43,878 nt of DNA. It comes from an uncultured Aequorivita sp. GTDB lineage: Bacteria > Bacteroidota > Bacteroidia > Flavobacteriales > Flavobacteriaceae. Of the stretch, positions 26,824-37,098 are shown one piece after another. Under the pieces are notes generated by a model. That model was not told the origin of the DNA, did no database searches, and saw only the letters and a program-made list of their open reading frames with translations. The position numbers and the translations under genes were made by a program. The DNA lies in NCBI GenBank assembly GCA_964565295.1, contig CAZMDY010000001.1, forward strand, positions 1 through 43,878, read 5' to 3'. Every line of letters begins with the position of its first letter. Position 1 is the first letter of the stretch.

Positions 26824-28212
26824 ATGGAAGCAATCATCGAAATAGGATATTTATTGGCTACAATATCCTTTATACTTGGATTAAAGTATATGAGTTCGCC
26901 CCAAAAAGCAAAACGCGGAAACCTTATTGCCGCTCTCGGAATGGTGCTCGCAGTGGTATTGACCTTCTTAGCGGGCTATACTGAAACTGTACCTTACACC
27001 AACTTGGTCATCATATTGGCAGCTATTATTATTGGAACCTTGATTGGAAAAAGACTTTCCGATAAAGTGGAAATGACCGGAATGCCCCAATTGGTTTCCT
27101 TGTTCAATGCAACTGGTGGTGGCTGCGCCATGCTCTTGGGATTGATAGAAGCCAACCCTATGTCGCCCACGAACCCAGTTTTGTCCTTTCAATTATTACT
27201 GATCGCGGGGTTGATCACTGGAGCAATTGCTTTTACGGGAAGCATCATTGCGGAACGTAAACTTTCTGGAAAAGTAAAAGATTACCGTTCCATGGGCGTA
27301 GTGATTTCTGCAAGACTTCTGTTAGCACTAATGCTGGTTTTGCCTCTGCTTTATTTTACTGGAATGTTTCCGGTCAGTTTCGTGTTTTTAATTGTGGTGT
27401 TGTCCATTTTGGCAATGGTATATGGAATTCTATTTGTACTTCCCATCGGCGGAGCGGATATGCCTGTCGTCATTTCATTATTAAACAGTATAACAGGAAT
27501 TGCTACCGCTTTCACGGGGCTTGTATATGGGAACAAAGTAATGATTGCAGGTGGTATTTTTGTAGGCGCAGCAGGAATCTTTTTGACCTTGTTGATGTGT
27601 AAGGCCATGAACCGATCTTTGATGAAGGTTTTGGCGGGAAAATTCAAAAAAAGCACTGGCAGTGTTTCAGAAGAAGATCAGGAAATCAAGGAAATCAGTA
27701 TTTCGGAAACTGCCCTGGCTCTTTCTTTTGCCCAAAAAGTGGCAGTCGTTCCCGGATATGGTCTTGCAGTCGCACAAGCACAACATCTGTGCGGACAAAT
27801 GCAATTATTATTGGAAAAACGAAATTGTGAAGTCGATTACATCATACATCCCGTAGCTGGAAGAATGCCCGGACATATGAACGTTCTTTTAGCCGAAGCA
27901 AATATAGACTACGCCCGGTTAAAGGAAATGGATGAAGGTAATGAAATGATGCCACAATACGATGTCGTTCTGGTTATTGGGGCAAACGATGTGGTAAATC
28001 CCGCCGCAGAAAACAATCCAGATAGCCCGGTTTATGGAATGCCAATTATACGTGCCCACCAAGCCAAGCAAGTGGTCGTAATGAAACGCGGAATGAGCAA
28101 AGGCTACGCTGGAGTGGTAAATGAACTTTTTGAAATGGACAATTGCAGCCTGTTATTTGGTGATGCCAAAGCGTCGTTACAGGAAATAATAAATCAGTTA
28201 AAATTGATTTAA
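26824..28212 (+). CDS. pntB: NAD(P) transhydrogenase subunit beta
   Basis: MTGMPQLVSLFN, IGGADMPVVISLLNS, MCKAMNRS, HPVAGRMPGHMNVLLAEA, GANDVVNPAA. Confidence 0.96.
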   Translation: MEAIIEIGYLLATISFILGLKYMSSPQKAKRGNLIAALGMVLAVVLTFLAGYTETVPYTNLVIILAAIIIGTLIGKRLSDKVEMTGMPQLVSLFNATGGGCAMLLGLIEANPMSPTNPVLSFQLLLIAGLITGAIAFTGSIIAERKLSGKVKDYRSMGVVISARLLLALMLVLPLLYFTGMFPVSFVFLIVVLSILAMVYGILFVLPIGGADMPVVISLLNSITGIATAFTGLVYGNKVMIAGGIFVGAAGIFLTLLMCKAMNRSLMKVLAGKFKKSTGSVSEEDQEIKEISISETALALSFAQKVAVVPGYGLAVAQAQHLCGQMQLLLEKRNCEVDYIIHPVAGRMPGHMNVLLAEANIDYARLKEMDEGNEMMPQYDVVLVIGANDVVNPAAENNPDSPVYGMPIIRAHQAKQVVVMKRGMSKGYAGVVNELFEMDNCSLLFGDAKASLQEIINQLKLI

Positions 28213-28240
28213 ATCCCGTCGATCTTCTGGAAAATAATAG

Positions 28241-29182
28241 TCAGAGGGAAACAATTGCCCACACCGAAGCAACTGATATAACGATCCACAAGGAAATACC
28301 TAGGATCATGGGTTTTAGACCAGCAGATTTAACTTTGTCGATCGAAAGTCCTGCGCCTATCAAGAACAACGTCAACACTAAAAGGGATTTTGAAGTATCG
28401 GTGATTCCCTCGGTGATGTTTATTGGAATTGATAGATAACTGTTCATTATAATTGCCAACACAAAAAAGAAAATAAAATAGGGTATTTTTATTCGTCTTC
28501 CTTTTCCCTTAAAGAGAAAAACCGAGAGCAGTGTAAGGGGAATGATCCACAGAGCACGAGCCAGTTTTACCGTTGTTGCCACTTTCAAAGCCTCATCTCC
28601 AAAAGTATAGGCTGCTCCTACCACAGAACTTGTGTCGTGGATTGCAATCGCGCACCAAAGCCCGAATTGGTTCTGTGTAAGTTCGAAAAAATGCCCTAAC
28701 GGCGGAAAAATTATTAAAGCAACCGAATTCAACAGGAAAACCACTCCCAAGGAAATAGAAATATCCTTTTCAGTAGCATTGATCACAGGTGCCACCGCAG
28801 CAATGGCACTTCCTCCACAAATTGCGGTCCCGGAATTGATCAAATGACCGGTTTTACGATCCATTTTCAAGAGCTTTACAAGAAAATATCCAAGGACTAA
28901 AGTAGCGGCAATTGAAAAAACGGTCAGGATAAACCCCTCCTTTCCGGCACGGAACGTTTCGGTCAGATTCATTCCAAATCCCAATCCAACCACTGCAATC
29001 TTTAATAGCCAATTGACCACTCGAGCATTCAAGTCGAGAAAAGGATGCCCAAAAATATACGCGAACAGAAAACCACCTACCAACGCTACAGGGCTACTCA
29101 CATATCCCAAAATACAAAGCACCATGGCAAGAAGAAACAAGACTTTGGTAAGCGTGGGATTATTGACGATGTGGGTCTTCAC
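28241..29182 (-). CDS. YeiH/UPF0324 family membrane protein (putative sulfate exporter family)
   Basis: GTAICGGSAIAAVAPV, AIHDTSSVVGA, VKLARALWIIP; multiple TM helices; GTG start at 29182 inferred. Confidence 0.9.
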   Translation of the reverse strand: MKTHIVNNPTLTKVLFLLAMVLCILGYVSSPVALVGGFLFAYIFGHPFLDLNARVVNWLLKIAVVGLGFGMNLTETFRAGKEGFILTVFSIAATLVLGYFLVKLLKMDRKTGHLINSGTAICGGSAIAAVAPVINATEKDISISLGVVFLLNSVALIIFPPLGHFFELTQNQFGLWCAIAIHDTSSVVGAAYTFGDEALKVATTVKLARALWIIPLTLLSVFLFKGKGRRIKIPYFIFFFVLAIIMNSYLSIPINITEGITDTSKSLLVLTLFLIGAGLSIDKVKSAGLKPMILGISLWIVISVASVWAIVSL

Positions 29183-29401
29183 TTCAAAATTGAAAAAATA
29201 ACGTTTACTTGGAACCGTACTTCGTGCTGATTCACACAAAAGAAACAATATGGGATCGAGCACCGCAACTTATAGATAATTTCTGAAAATCAATCAAAAT
29301 TTAAAGATAGTTTCTTTACCCGCATCTTCCTAAAAAATAGAAAGACTTCTCGTTTGCAGAATTTACTGACCAATCAAATAAAGGTTTTGGCTAAGCAACC
29401 A

Positions 29402-30205
29402 CTATTCAAAATAAACCGCTTCAAAAACCGCCAGTATTGTATCGGGGCTTTTTATTAGTGTCAATTCATCATCCATAAGCGTATATGAATCGGTCAGCTC
29501 CAACATTTTTAAGAATTCCGCCTCTTTGATGTCGATTTCTGGACAGGCCATAAGGGTAGCAGCAATATGATAAAAAAGAATTCTATTGTCGTTTCCCACG
29601 TTAAAACTCCCAAAAAGTGTATTGCAACCCGTAAAACCGGTAACCGTATTATCTTCCGATCTGAGTTTAAAATAAACTTCCCTTTGCTGGTTCTCGGCCA
29701 TTTCAACAGGTTCATCATCGATTGATTTCAGACGCCAGTATTTATCGGTTATTTCTTCAGAAGAAAGTATCTGTTTATTGAAAACAGCCAAAATAGTTTC
29801 ATCGACGGCCAAGAACTCCAAACGATCTCCAATAATTTTATAAGAAGAAGCATCCGAAAAAACCTGGAAGAATTCCCTCTCGACAGATTGCGTTTCCTCA
29901 CAGTACATTTTGGTGGCCATCATAGAGGAAAATTGGATCATATTATTTGAACCGAAATTGTAAGTTCCCCCGAATTCATTGCAACCAGCGAACCCTGAAA
30001 TGGCGTTGTCTCTGTATAATGTAAACCCTATTGTATTCCTGTTTTCTGCCGAAACTGTCTTGTCCTCGCCTCCAAAGCGCTCAAGTTTCCAAAAGACTTC
30101 AGTTGGAAACCCGGTACCATTTTGTGACGAGCCCTTATTTGGCAGTGGTTTGCAACCGTGGAACAAAATAACCATAAATATGAATGGTATAAATCTTAAT
30201 TTCAT
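29402..30205 (-). CDS. Lipoprotein with two META (HslJ-like) domains
   Basis: Lipobox FHGC; repeated G(F)xGCN...G and ATxMxC motifs. Confidence 0.88.
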   Translation of the reverse strand: MKLRFIPFIFMVILFHGCKPLPNKGSSQNGTGFPTEVFWKLERFGGEDKTVSAENRNTIGFTLYRDNAISGFAGCNEFGGTYNFGSNNMIQFSSMMATKMYCEETQSVEREFFQVFSDASSYKIIGDRLEFLAVDETILAVFNKQILSSEEITDKYWRLKSIDDEPVEMAENQQREVYFKLRSEDNTVTGFTGCNTLFGSFNVGNDNRILFYHIAATLMACPEIDIKEAEFLKMLELTDSYTLMDDELTLIKSPDTILAVFEAVYFE

Positions 30206-30386
30206 TTTACTTCTATAACATTAAAATTTTATGATTCCCTCATCATTACCCATCAATTTGGAAAACTAAGTTTTTTTGAACAAACACGACCTTTATCAAA
30301 CGCTAAAACCATCCCAAATTTATCAAACCAGATATATCCAATCGCCAGTTGAATTGTGCCTTTTGATACTTGTAAACCCAATGGTT

Positions 30387-30587
30387 TTATGACTGGGAAT
30401 CCTTTACATCTTCTTCATTGATATCTTCATATTTCTCAATGGCCTCTTCATCTTCTGGGTTTTTGGGCGGTTTTTCCAGAGTTCCATTTTTTTGCTTTCT
30501 ATACTCCCTTTCCTGTTGTGCGTTATGCTTATCAGGATCATTGGGTTGTTGCTGAGGTTTCTTCTTTTTATCCTTATTTGTTGCCAT
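30387..30587 (-). CDS. Small highly charged hypothetical protein (66 aa)
   Basis: MATNKDKKKK... K/E/Q/D-rich ORF with an A-rich leader. Confidence 0.55.
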   Translation of the reverse strand: MATNKDKKKKPQQQPNDPDKHNAQQEREYRKQKNGTLEKPPKNPEDEEAIEKYEDINEEDVKDSQS

Positions 30588-30677
30588 CTCATTGATTTTT
30601 AAGTTGAAAATAAAGATAGGACAGAATAATGTTCCCACCATGAATTCTAACAAAACCTTGGGACTTTTCTAAATACA

Positions 30678-31397
30678 TTATGCAAAAACCTGGTTGATAA
30701 TTGAAATGGATTTTGGTCTTTTGTAGCCATGGACATGAAGGCTATAGTAAGCCAATAGAAGGTCCAGTAAATTCATTCGCGCTGATTTGGACAGTTTTAT
30801 TAATCTTATATTTTGGAGGGTAGTATCGAAAAAAAGCCTTAAAGTATCCACAGTTTGACCTTCCAAGCAATATTCAGAGGTTTTGGATTCTTGAAAATTT
30901 CCTTCTGAAATATTGAAGAACCTATATTCTTTGTTGGAGGAATCAGGATAGAACCCGAGAAAATGGCTTAACCGGAGTAAAAAATAAATATGGAAATTGG
31001 CCACGTTGTCATGTGCATCCAACCACAGTAACGACTCTTCCAGAAAACTGTACAACCAAATATTGGATTCTTCTTCTCGAATGGAGTTTTTACAAATTTC
31101 GGCCAAAAACATCGCCAAACTAGATTTTATGATGTTGGTGTGAAGGGAAACATAAGGGGTTGCTATTCTAGCTTCCTTGAGATATTCAAGCGTTCCTTTG
31201 TTTTTGTGGGTCGCTACGATGTCCAGTTGGGTGAGTGGTTGAAAATAGGATGCTTTTAGGGCCGACTTTCTGGATTTCAGTATATTTCGCAACAAATAAT
31301 TCTTTATGCCATTGTTTTCTGTATAGCAACATACAATAAAATCAGCTTCAGAATACTTGATGGCGGAAAAGACGATGGCTTTGGTATTAACAATCAT
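30678..31397 (-). CDS. recO: DNA repair protein RecO
   Basis: TKAIVFSAIKYSEADFIV, FQPL, FLGFYP, FNISEGNF; position directly after porZ. Confidence 0.92.
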   Translation of the reverse strand: MIVNTKAIVFSAIKYSEADFIVCCYTENNGIKNYLLRNILKSRKSALKASYFQPLTQLDIVATHKNKGTLEYLKEARIATPYVSLHTNIIKSSLAMFLAEICKNSIREEESNIWLYSFLEESLLWLDAHDNVANFHIYFLLRLSHFLGFYPDSSNKEYRFFNISEGNFQESKTSEYCLEGQTVDTLRLFFDTTLQNIRLIKLSKSARMNLLDLLLAYYSLHVHGYKRPKSISIINQVFA

Positions 31398-33685
31398 TAC
31401 CGGATTATCATGATTTTAGAAACCTTGGTTTCGGCGAAATCCTCGGTGGTGACCAAAACCAAATAAACACCCGAACGCACCTTATATTTTCCGAATGCTG
31501 TTGTATCCCAAAGCACACTTCCTCCTTTTGATACCGATTCAAACACCAAATTCCCTGTAATATCCGTAATCTTTACATTTGCCTGTGCAGTAAGTCCATC
31601 AATAGTAATACTGCCTTCAAATCCTGGCCGGACCGGGTTGGGAAAAGCATGAAGCTGCGAAAGATCAGCCCGTGGGGCGGTGGCGGTTCCTTTATAGGCA
31701 ACAAGACCCTGGGTAGTAGCAAAATAAACCATTCCTGTAAAAGGGTCCACCGCAATATCCTGAACATTATTGGTAGGCAATGGGGAATTGTCTTTAGTAA
31801 ATCTTAAAATGGTTTCCTGTCCATCGGCAGAAAGATAAAAGACCCCCGCGCTCGCCGTAGCGATCCATTTATTGTTGGAGCCGTCTACCTCAATTGCGGT
31901 AATGGATTGCTGATACAAAAGCTCTTGGGCCACCCCGTTTTCCATAATGATTATCGGTTGGGATTGGGGCTGTGTACCTTGTTGGAAAAAACTACCAGGA
32001 CTATAAACCACACGCAAGCCCCGCAGCGTGCCGATCCATAGTCTGTTTTGCGCATCTATTGCCAGAGCTCTTACGTTTGTTGATGGTAAGTTTCCATATC
32101 CTTCGTTCAAACCAATTTTATTGATCGTTCCTGAAGCTGGGTTATAACCAAAAAGACCATTGGAGTAGGTTCCAAAAAAAACATAATTTTCACGGCTTAT
32201 AACGAGTTTTGTAAGCGCAAGTTCTGTGGAAGTATTAAGATGATTGGACAAGTTTACCTTTTGAAACTGACCACTGGGCGTTAATTTTATGAGACCTTTA
32301 TCTACCTTGGTTTGCACAAACCACAGATTTCCTTCTTTATCAAACTGGGATCCATAAATTCGGATTCCGGCGTCGTTGGCAACTTTATCTAAGGGGCTGT
32401 TGGTTTCATCGTATAGAATTACCGGTTCCCCATCCACTATTTTGAGGAGCCCAAACTGGAATGAGCTCATGTAAACTTCTTCGGGCTGATTGGGATTTAT
32501 CGTAACCTTCATCAAATCTGTGGGTTCCGCATTTACTGCGTTTTTCAATTCTTCATAGGAAGTGTTGTTCCAAACCGTGTCTTTAAGATGGCTCACCCCG
32601 TATCGTGACAAAGGAAAGGGGTTAAAATCTATGTCCGTTTCGCCAAACGACACCCAAAGTTGGCCAGCTGTTGCATCAAGTGCGAACGGTCGATTTCTAA
32701 TTGGACCATTGGGCAAAATTTGTGTGGGTTGCGTACTCCCGAATGGCACAATCAAAAGCCCATCTTCCTGAGTGCCCAGATAAACATTGGAATCAAAGGC
32801 AAGTCCAGAGCGCAAATCCAGATCAAATCCCTGAACGTTGTTTATAATCTCTTCCTCCAAATAGCCGGGGGAATAAACGTGGACGGAATTGGCAGTGGTG
32901 ATTGTCAATAAGTCATCTAATACTCTGAAACCTATAATATTGGAAGAGAAATTCTGCACATTACTCGAATTGCCATTTGGAGTAAATCGAATGACGCTAT
33001 TCGCATTGTTCGCAGCATAAAGTTCGTCTCCAAGTGATGCCAGGCTCTTGTATCCGCCATTGATTATGGTATTCCAGTTTTGGAAGTCAATCAGATTATC
33101 ATCCTGCACAATGGCCCGTTTGATACCTTCAGATTCGGTTGCTGCGAAAATGAATGGATCTTCCACCGTGGTCTGGAGAACGTTCATTTGGCTGCCACCA
33201 TTTCCGATAAAGTAAGTATCGCCAAACTCTAAGCGAGCAAGATCAAAAACCGAAATTCCATATTTGGTCGCGATATACAGATTGTTCTCATATTCTTCAA
33301 AATTATTGATAAATTTCCTGTCAGGCGGAATGGTTTGCTTTTCCACAATATCAACAACTTTCATCACATGGGCCTCTCCATCTCTAATGATGTTTATAAG
33401 CCCATTTTCATATCCAACTATTAAAAATTCGAACGCTTCACTGTAATGGATTGCAGAAATAAATTCACCAGATAACCCGTTTACGGTTGAAAATGTCCTG
33501 AATTTTTGAGTGGCCAGATCATAACTGAAAACCGCATTTTCGGTTGCGGCGAACACCTTGTTATTACCGCGGGCAATATCCTTGATAGACACGTAGGAAA
33601 AATGGCCCGTCCAACGATCCTGAAAGTTTTGAGCACCAACAAAAAATGGCATCGCAAAAAGCAAAAAAGCGACCAGTCGCTTCAT
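31397..33685 (-). CDS. porZ: Type IX secretion system protein PorZ (beta-propellers plus CTD)
   Basis: Signal peptide, WTGHFSY, FGDTYFIG, IEVDGSNNKWIAT, NSPLPTN; C-terminal AFPNPVRP...GVYLV...KIMIIR type A CTD. Confidence 0.88.
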   Translation of the reverse strand: MKRLVAFLLFAMPFFVGAQNFQDRWTGHFSYVSIKDIARGNNKVFAATENAVFSYDLATQKFRTFSTVNGLSGEFISAIHYSEAFEFLIVGYENGLINIIRDGEAHVMKVVDIVEKQTIPPDRKFINNFEEYENNLYIATKYGISVFDLARLEFGDTYFIGNGGSQMNVLQTTVEDPFIFAATESEGIKRAIVQDDNLIDFQNWNTIINGGYKSLASLGDELYAANNANSVIRFTPNGNSSNVQNFSSNIIGFRVLDDLLTITTANSVHVYSPGYLEEEIINNVQGFDLDLRSGLAFDSNVYLGTQEDGLLIVPFGSTQPTQILPNGPIRNRPFALDATAGQLWVSFGETDIDFNPFPLSRYGVSHLKDTVWNNTSYEELKNAVNAEPTDLMKVTINPNQPEEVYMSSFQFGLLKIVDGEPVILYDETNSPLDKVANDAGIRIYGSQFDKEGNLWFVQTKVDKGLIKLTPSGQFQKVNLSNHLNTSTELALTKLVISRENYVFFGTYSNGLFGYNPASGTINKIGLNEGYGNLPSTNVRALAIDAQNRLWIGTLRGLRVVYSPGSFFQQGTQPQSQPIIIMENGVAQELLYQQSITAIEVDGSNNKWIATASAGVFYLSADGQETILRFTKDNSPLPTNNVQDIAVDPFTGMVYFATTQGLVAYKGTATAPRADLSQLHAFPNPVRPGFEGSITIDGLTAQANVKITDITGNLVFESVSKGGSVLWDTTAFGKYKVRSGVYLVLVTTEDFAETKVSKIMIIR

Positions 33686-33940
33686 AAAAACAGTTTTGAT
33701 ATTAACACGCTAAAATAGTATTTATTGCCCATAATACAACGGAAAAAGCCAACCCATAATTATATCCAAAATTGACCAAAACATAATACACGAAACGGAA
33801 AGTTGTTAATTATGGAACATATCCTGAATGAAGATCATGCAAATTGAACGCTCTGCCTACTTTTTTAGTAAGTTTTTATTGAAAATTATAGATATTTTTA
33901 CTATTTAAACGAATTTATTTCAGCGTTAGTTTTGTTTTTA

Positions 33941-33948
33941 TATATTTG
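33941..33948 (+). promoter_or_regulatory. Bacteroidota -7 promoter box (TATATTTG)
   Basis: TAnnTTTG match 31 nt before ATG 33980. Confidence 0.5.
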
Positions 33949-33979
33949 TCATGCTTAAACCGATAACCTACTAACCCAA

Positions 33980-34732
33980 ATGAACTCCAAATTATTACTA
34001 ATTGTGCCCTTCTTGTTCCTATTCCTGAAGCAAGACGCTTATAGCCAATTTGAATTTTCAAATGAGATCGGGATATTGGTGGGGCCTGTGATGCTTTACT
34101 CTGATTTTGGAGAGCGCAACAATTTTGAAACCAATACGGGAAACGTCGGGTTTGGAATAGGGGTCACGCATCATATGAATTTTGCCTACACTGGAATTTC
34201 CTATTTTAGTGAACATTTTAAAGTTCGAAACGAAATTGATTTCCACACCACAAATTTGAGGCATTATGGAAGATGGGTGGATGAAGCAAGAACAAGTGAT
34301 TTTGCTGATTATCTGCGGGCAAAAAGAGGTTCAGTTAATGTGTTTGAAATCGGAACGCATCTGGAATATTACCCCTTGAGCATTCTAGATTTTGAATACG
34401 AAGCTTTTAAAGTTACTCCATTTTTTACCCTAGGAATACACTGGGTCAGCTATAATGCAAAAATCACTACAGACTATCCAACTGGCCTAGTTTGGCCGGG
34501 CAATAAATATAACAGAGAGGCTTTTCAACAAGGATCTGGATCAACCTTCGCCGGAATGGGAAGCGTTGGAATTCGATATAAACTCACGCAAATGACCGAT
34601 TTAACGCTGGAAAGTCGTTGGCAATACTACTTTAGTGATTTTGTGGATGGTCTTAATCCAAAGGTTTCTGAAAACAAATCCAATGACTGGATCTATTGGT
34701 TGAATGTAGGTTACATCTATTACTTGGATTAA
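33980..34732 (+). CDS. Outer-membrane beta-barrel protein, THC0290_0291-like flavobacterial family
   Basis: Signal peptide ending AYSQ; SDFGERNNFETNTGNVGFGIG, HFKVRNE, SDFVDGLNP, NDWIYWLNVGYIYYL. Confidence 0.7.
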   Translation: MNSKLLLIVPFLFLFLKQDAYSQFEFSNEIGILVGPVMLYSDFGERNNFETNTGNVGFGIGVTHHMNFAYTGISYFSEHFKVRNEIDFHTTNLRHYGRWVDEARTSDFADYLRAKRGSVNVFEIGTHLEYYPLSILDFEYEAFKVTPFFTLGIHWVSYNAKITTDYPTGLVWPGNKYNREAFQQGSGSTFAGMGSVGIRYKLTQMTDLTLESRWQYYFSDFVDGLNPKVSENKSNDWIYWLNVGYIYYLD

Positions 34733-35002
34733 TCTCCTTTCCATAAACAACTACTCCTCCGACACTTTTTTTTAAAAAACTCTCCTGAGAACAATGGTCA
34801 GTTGTGTTCAAACGCTGTTAGAAACACAGAATCTTTCATAGACGAAAAGAAAATTCCTTCAATTGTTCTATTGTTTTTACGCATGTTATAATTAAATAGC
34901 GACCTTTTTTTCTCCATCTATCCAAATCGGAAAAACAATGGGTACATTTCGATGTTGACACTTATTTAATAAATTTTTTACAATAGCAAATCTCAAAGTT
35001 AG

Positions 35003-35010
35003 TATTTTTG
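35003..35010 (+). promoter_or_regulatory. Bacteroidota -7 promoter box (TATTTTTG)
   Basis: TAnnTTTG match upstream of the DUF3298-arsC-DMT run. Confidence 0.45.
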
Positions 35011-35068
35011 AAGTCCGAATCAGGAACAACTACTTTATACGTTGCCAATCCGTAATCCGATTAACATA

Positions 35069-35821
35069 ATGGATAATAAAATCGTCGCTTTAGTCTTTAT
35101 AGTATTACTTATTATGTCTTGTGACCAAGACAAAAATACCGAATTTAGCACAAAGACCTTGACTGAAAATGATTTGGAAGTTTGCACCGACACTCCATGT
35201 CCTGAAATTACGATCAATTATGTAAAGGCACTCGGTGTAAATGCTGAAAAGATCAACAGTAAGATTGAGCAATTTATTATTGCTGCAATTGAATTTGGGG
35301 AGGACGAAAAAACCATTGCAAAAACCATAAACGAAGCTGCAACAAACTTCGCCAGAGGATATCATAACGATAAAGTTGAGTTTCCGGATATGGCAGGACC
35401 CTATGTTGCGGAAATCTCTGTGAGGGAGCTTTTTAGATCCAACAACCATATTTCATTTGAACAACGAGCATACCTTTTTACAGGTGGAGCACACGGTTAC
35501 GAGGCCACTTCCTTCCTAAATATTGATCCCGAAACCGGAAGCGAACTTGGTTCTCGGGAATTATTTATGGACAAAGAGAACTTCATGACTTTTGCAGAGG
35601 AAAAGTTCCGGGAGCAGCAAAATATAAGGAAAGACCAATCCATTAACGAATCAGGATTCTGGTTCGAGAACGATACTTTCTACCTACCCAATACTGTAGG
35701 TTTTACCCAAAACAATCTTATTTTTGTATACAACCAATATGACATTGCCAGTTATGCTGATGGACCGATCGAACTTAAAATAGCCAAAGAGGAAGCGATG
35801 CCATTTCTAACGAAGCGATAA
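35069..35821 (+). CDS. DUF3298/DUF4163 (RsiV/PdaC-like) lipoprotein
   Basis: Lipobox IMSC; FTGGAHG and YNQYDIASYADG motifs. Confidence 0.85.
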   Translation: MDNKIVALVFIVLLIMSCDQDKNTEFSTKTLTENDLEVCTDTPCPEITINYVKALGVNAEKINSKIEQFIIAAIEFGEDEKTIAKTINEAATNFARGYHNDKVEFPDMAGPYVAEISVRELFRSNNHISFEQRAYLFTGGAHGYEATSFLNIDPETGSELGSRELFMDKENFMTFAEEKFREQQNIRKDQSINESGFWFENDTFYLPNTVGFTQNNLIFVYNQYDIASYADGPIELKIAKEEAMPFLTKR

Positions 35822-35836
35822 ACAAGAATAAATTCA

Positions 35837-36193
35837 ATGAAAAAAGTATATTATTTATCCACCTGTGATACTTGTAAACGCGTAATGTCCGAAATTGGGA
35901 TCCCTTCTAATTTCAAAAAACAAGACATCAAAAAGAAAGCAGTAACAGAGCAGGAACTCGATGAACTTAAGAAACTTGCTGGGAACTACGAAGCACTTTT
36001 CAGCAAAAGGGCCAAGCTTTTCCATTCCCGCAATCTAAAAAATGAGAATCTTTTAGAAACGGATTACAGAAAACTACTATTGGAACATTATACGTTTTTT
36101 AAACGGCCGGTAATAATCAATAACGATACAATTTTTATAGGAAGTAGCTCCAAAACCATTGCGGCTGCCAAAAAATCCATACATTTCGAATAA
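35837..36193 (+). CDS. ArsC/Spx/YffB family protein
   Basis: YYLSTCDTCKR, KRPVI. Confidence 0.85.
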   Translation: MKKVYYLSTCDTCKRVMSEIGIPSNFKKQDIKKKAVTEQELDELKKLAGNYEALFSKRAKLFHSRNLKNENLLETDYRKLLLEHYTFFKRPVIINNDTIFIGSSSKTIAAAKKSIHFE

Positions 36194-37098
36194 TGGACAA
36201 ACGGTCCTTGGCGCTTTTGGCCGCAACGGCAACCGAAACTTTTTATGGCATCAACCATACCATTGCCAAAGGACTTATGCCCCATATAATTCAGCCTTAC
36301 GGATTTATCGTTTTAAGGGTCGGAGGTGCCGCCCTCCTTTTTTGGGCGCTGAGTATATTTACTAAATCTGAAAAAATTGAAGCACAAGATTATTGGCGTG
36401 TTTTTTTATGTGCACTTTTTGGAATGGTACTTAATATGCTGATGTTCTTTAAAGGTTTGAGTCTGTCTACGCCTATAAACAGTGCAGTTTCTATGACAAT
36501 AGCACCTATAATATTGTTGTTGCTATCCGCCTTTATTTTGAAGGATCGCATTACCTGGATCAAATCCTTGGGAATCATTTTCGGACTGTCAGGGGCCTTG
36601 GCGCTAATTTTACTTCAGGAAAAAACACAATCCAATGCCGAAAATATTCCTTTGGGCAACCTGCTTTTTGTGCTAAATGCCATTTCGTATTCTTTCTATT
36701 TGATTTTGGTAAAACCTCTGGTTGCCAAATACAATGCAATCACCTTGCTTAAATTTTTCTTCCTCATCGCGTTTTTTATAAATCTGCCTATTGGCTATTC
36801 CGAAGTGATACAAATTGAATGGACACAATTGAACTTCTCCGAGATTGCGCAAATTCTTTTCGTAATTGTGGGAACCACCTTTTTAACTTATTTGTTCAAC
36901 ATATTTGCTCTAAAGCAACTAAGCCCATCAACAATTGGTGTATTCATTTACTTGCAACCCTTGGTGGCAACAACTTTTGCCATCCTGATGGGTGCCGATT
37001 CTTTAAATGCGCTTCGGATTGGAGCGGCGCTCACTATATTTATCGGGGTGTTTTTAACTACAAGAAAACCAAAGTTTACACCCCAAATGAAGCTTTAA
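36193..37098 (+). CDS. DMT (EamA) family transporter
   Basis: About 10 TM helices in two EamA repeats; FIYLQPLVA. Confidence 0.9.
   Translation: MDKRSLALLAATATETFYGINHTIAKGLMPHIIQPYGFIVLRVGGAALLFWALSIFTKSEKIEAQDYWRVFLCALFGMVLNMLMFFKGLSLSTPINSAVSMTIAPIILLLLSAFILKDRITWIKSLGIIFGLSGALALILLQEKTQSNAENIPLGNLLFVLNAISYSFYLILVKPLVAKYNAITLLKFFFLIAFFINLPIGYSEVIQIEWTQLNFSEIAQILFVIVGTTFLTYLFNIFALKQLSPSTIGVFIYLQPLVATTFAILMGADSLNALRIGAALTIFIGVFLTTRKPKFTPQMKL

Noticed and set aside
12228-30653. Integrated genomic island, prophage or defence island
   Set aside because: No integrase, transposase, tRNA, att repeats, phage or recognisable defence genes, and no obvious compositional shift by eye.
30678-33685. 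Functional link between T9SS PorZ and RecO
   Set aside because: As far as I recall this adjacency is ordinary conserved gene order in Bacteroidota; nothing in the sequence implies more.
35837-37098. Arsenic-resistance operon
   Set aside because: The ArsC-like protein is of the CxxC Spx/YffB type and there is no arsR, arsB or acr3; the neighbour is a generic EamA transporter.
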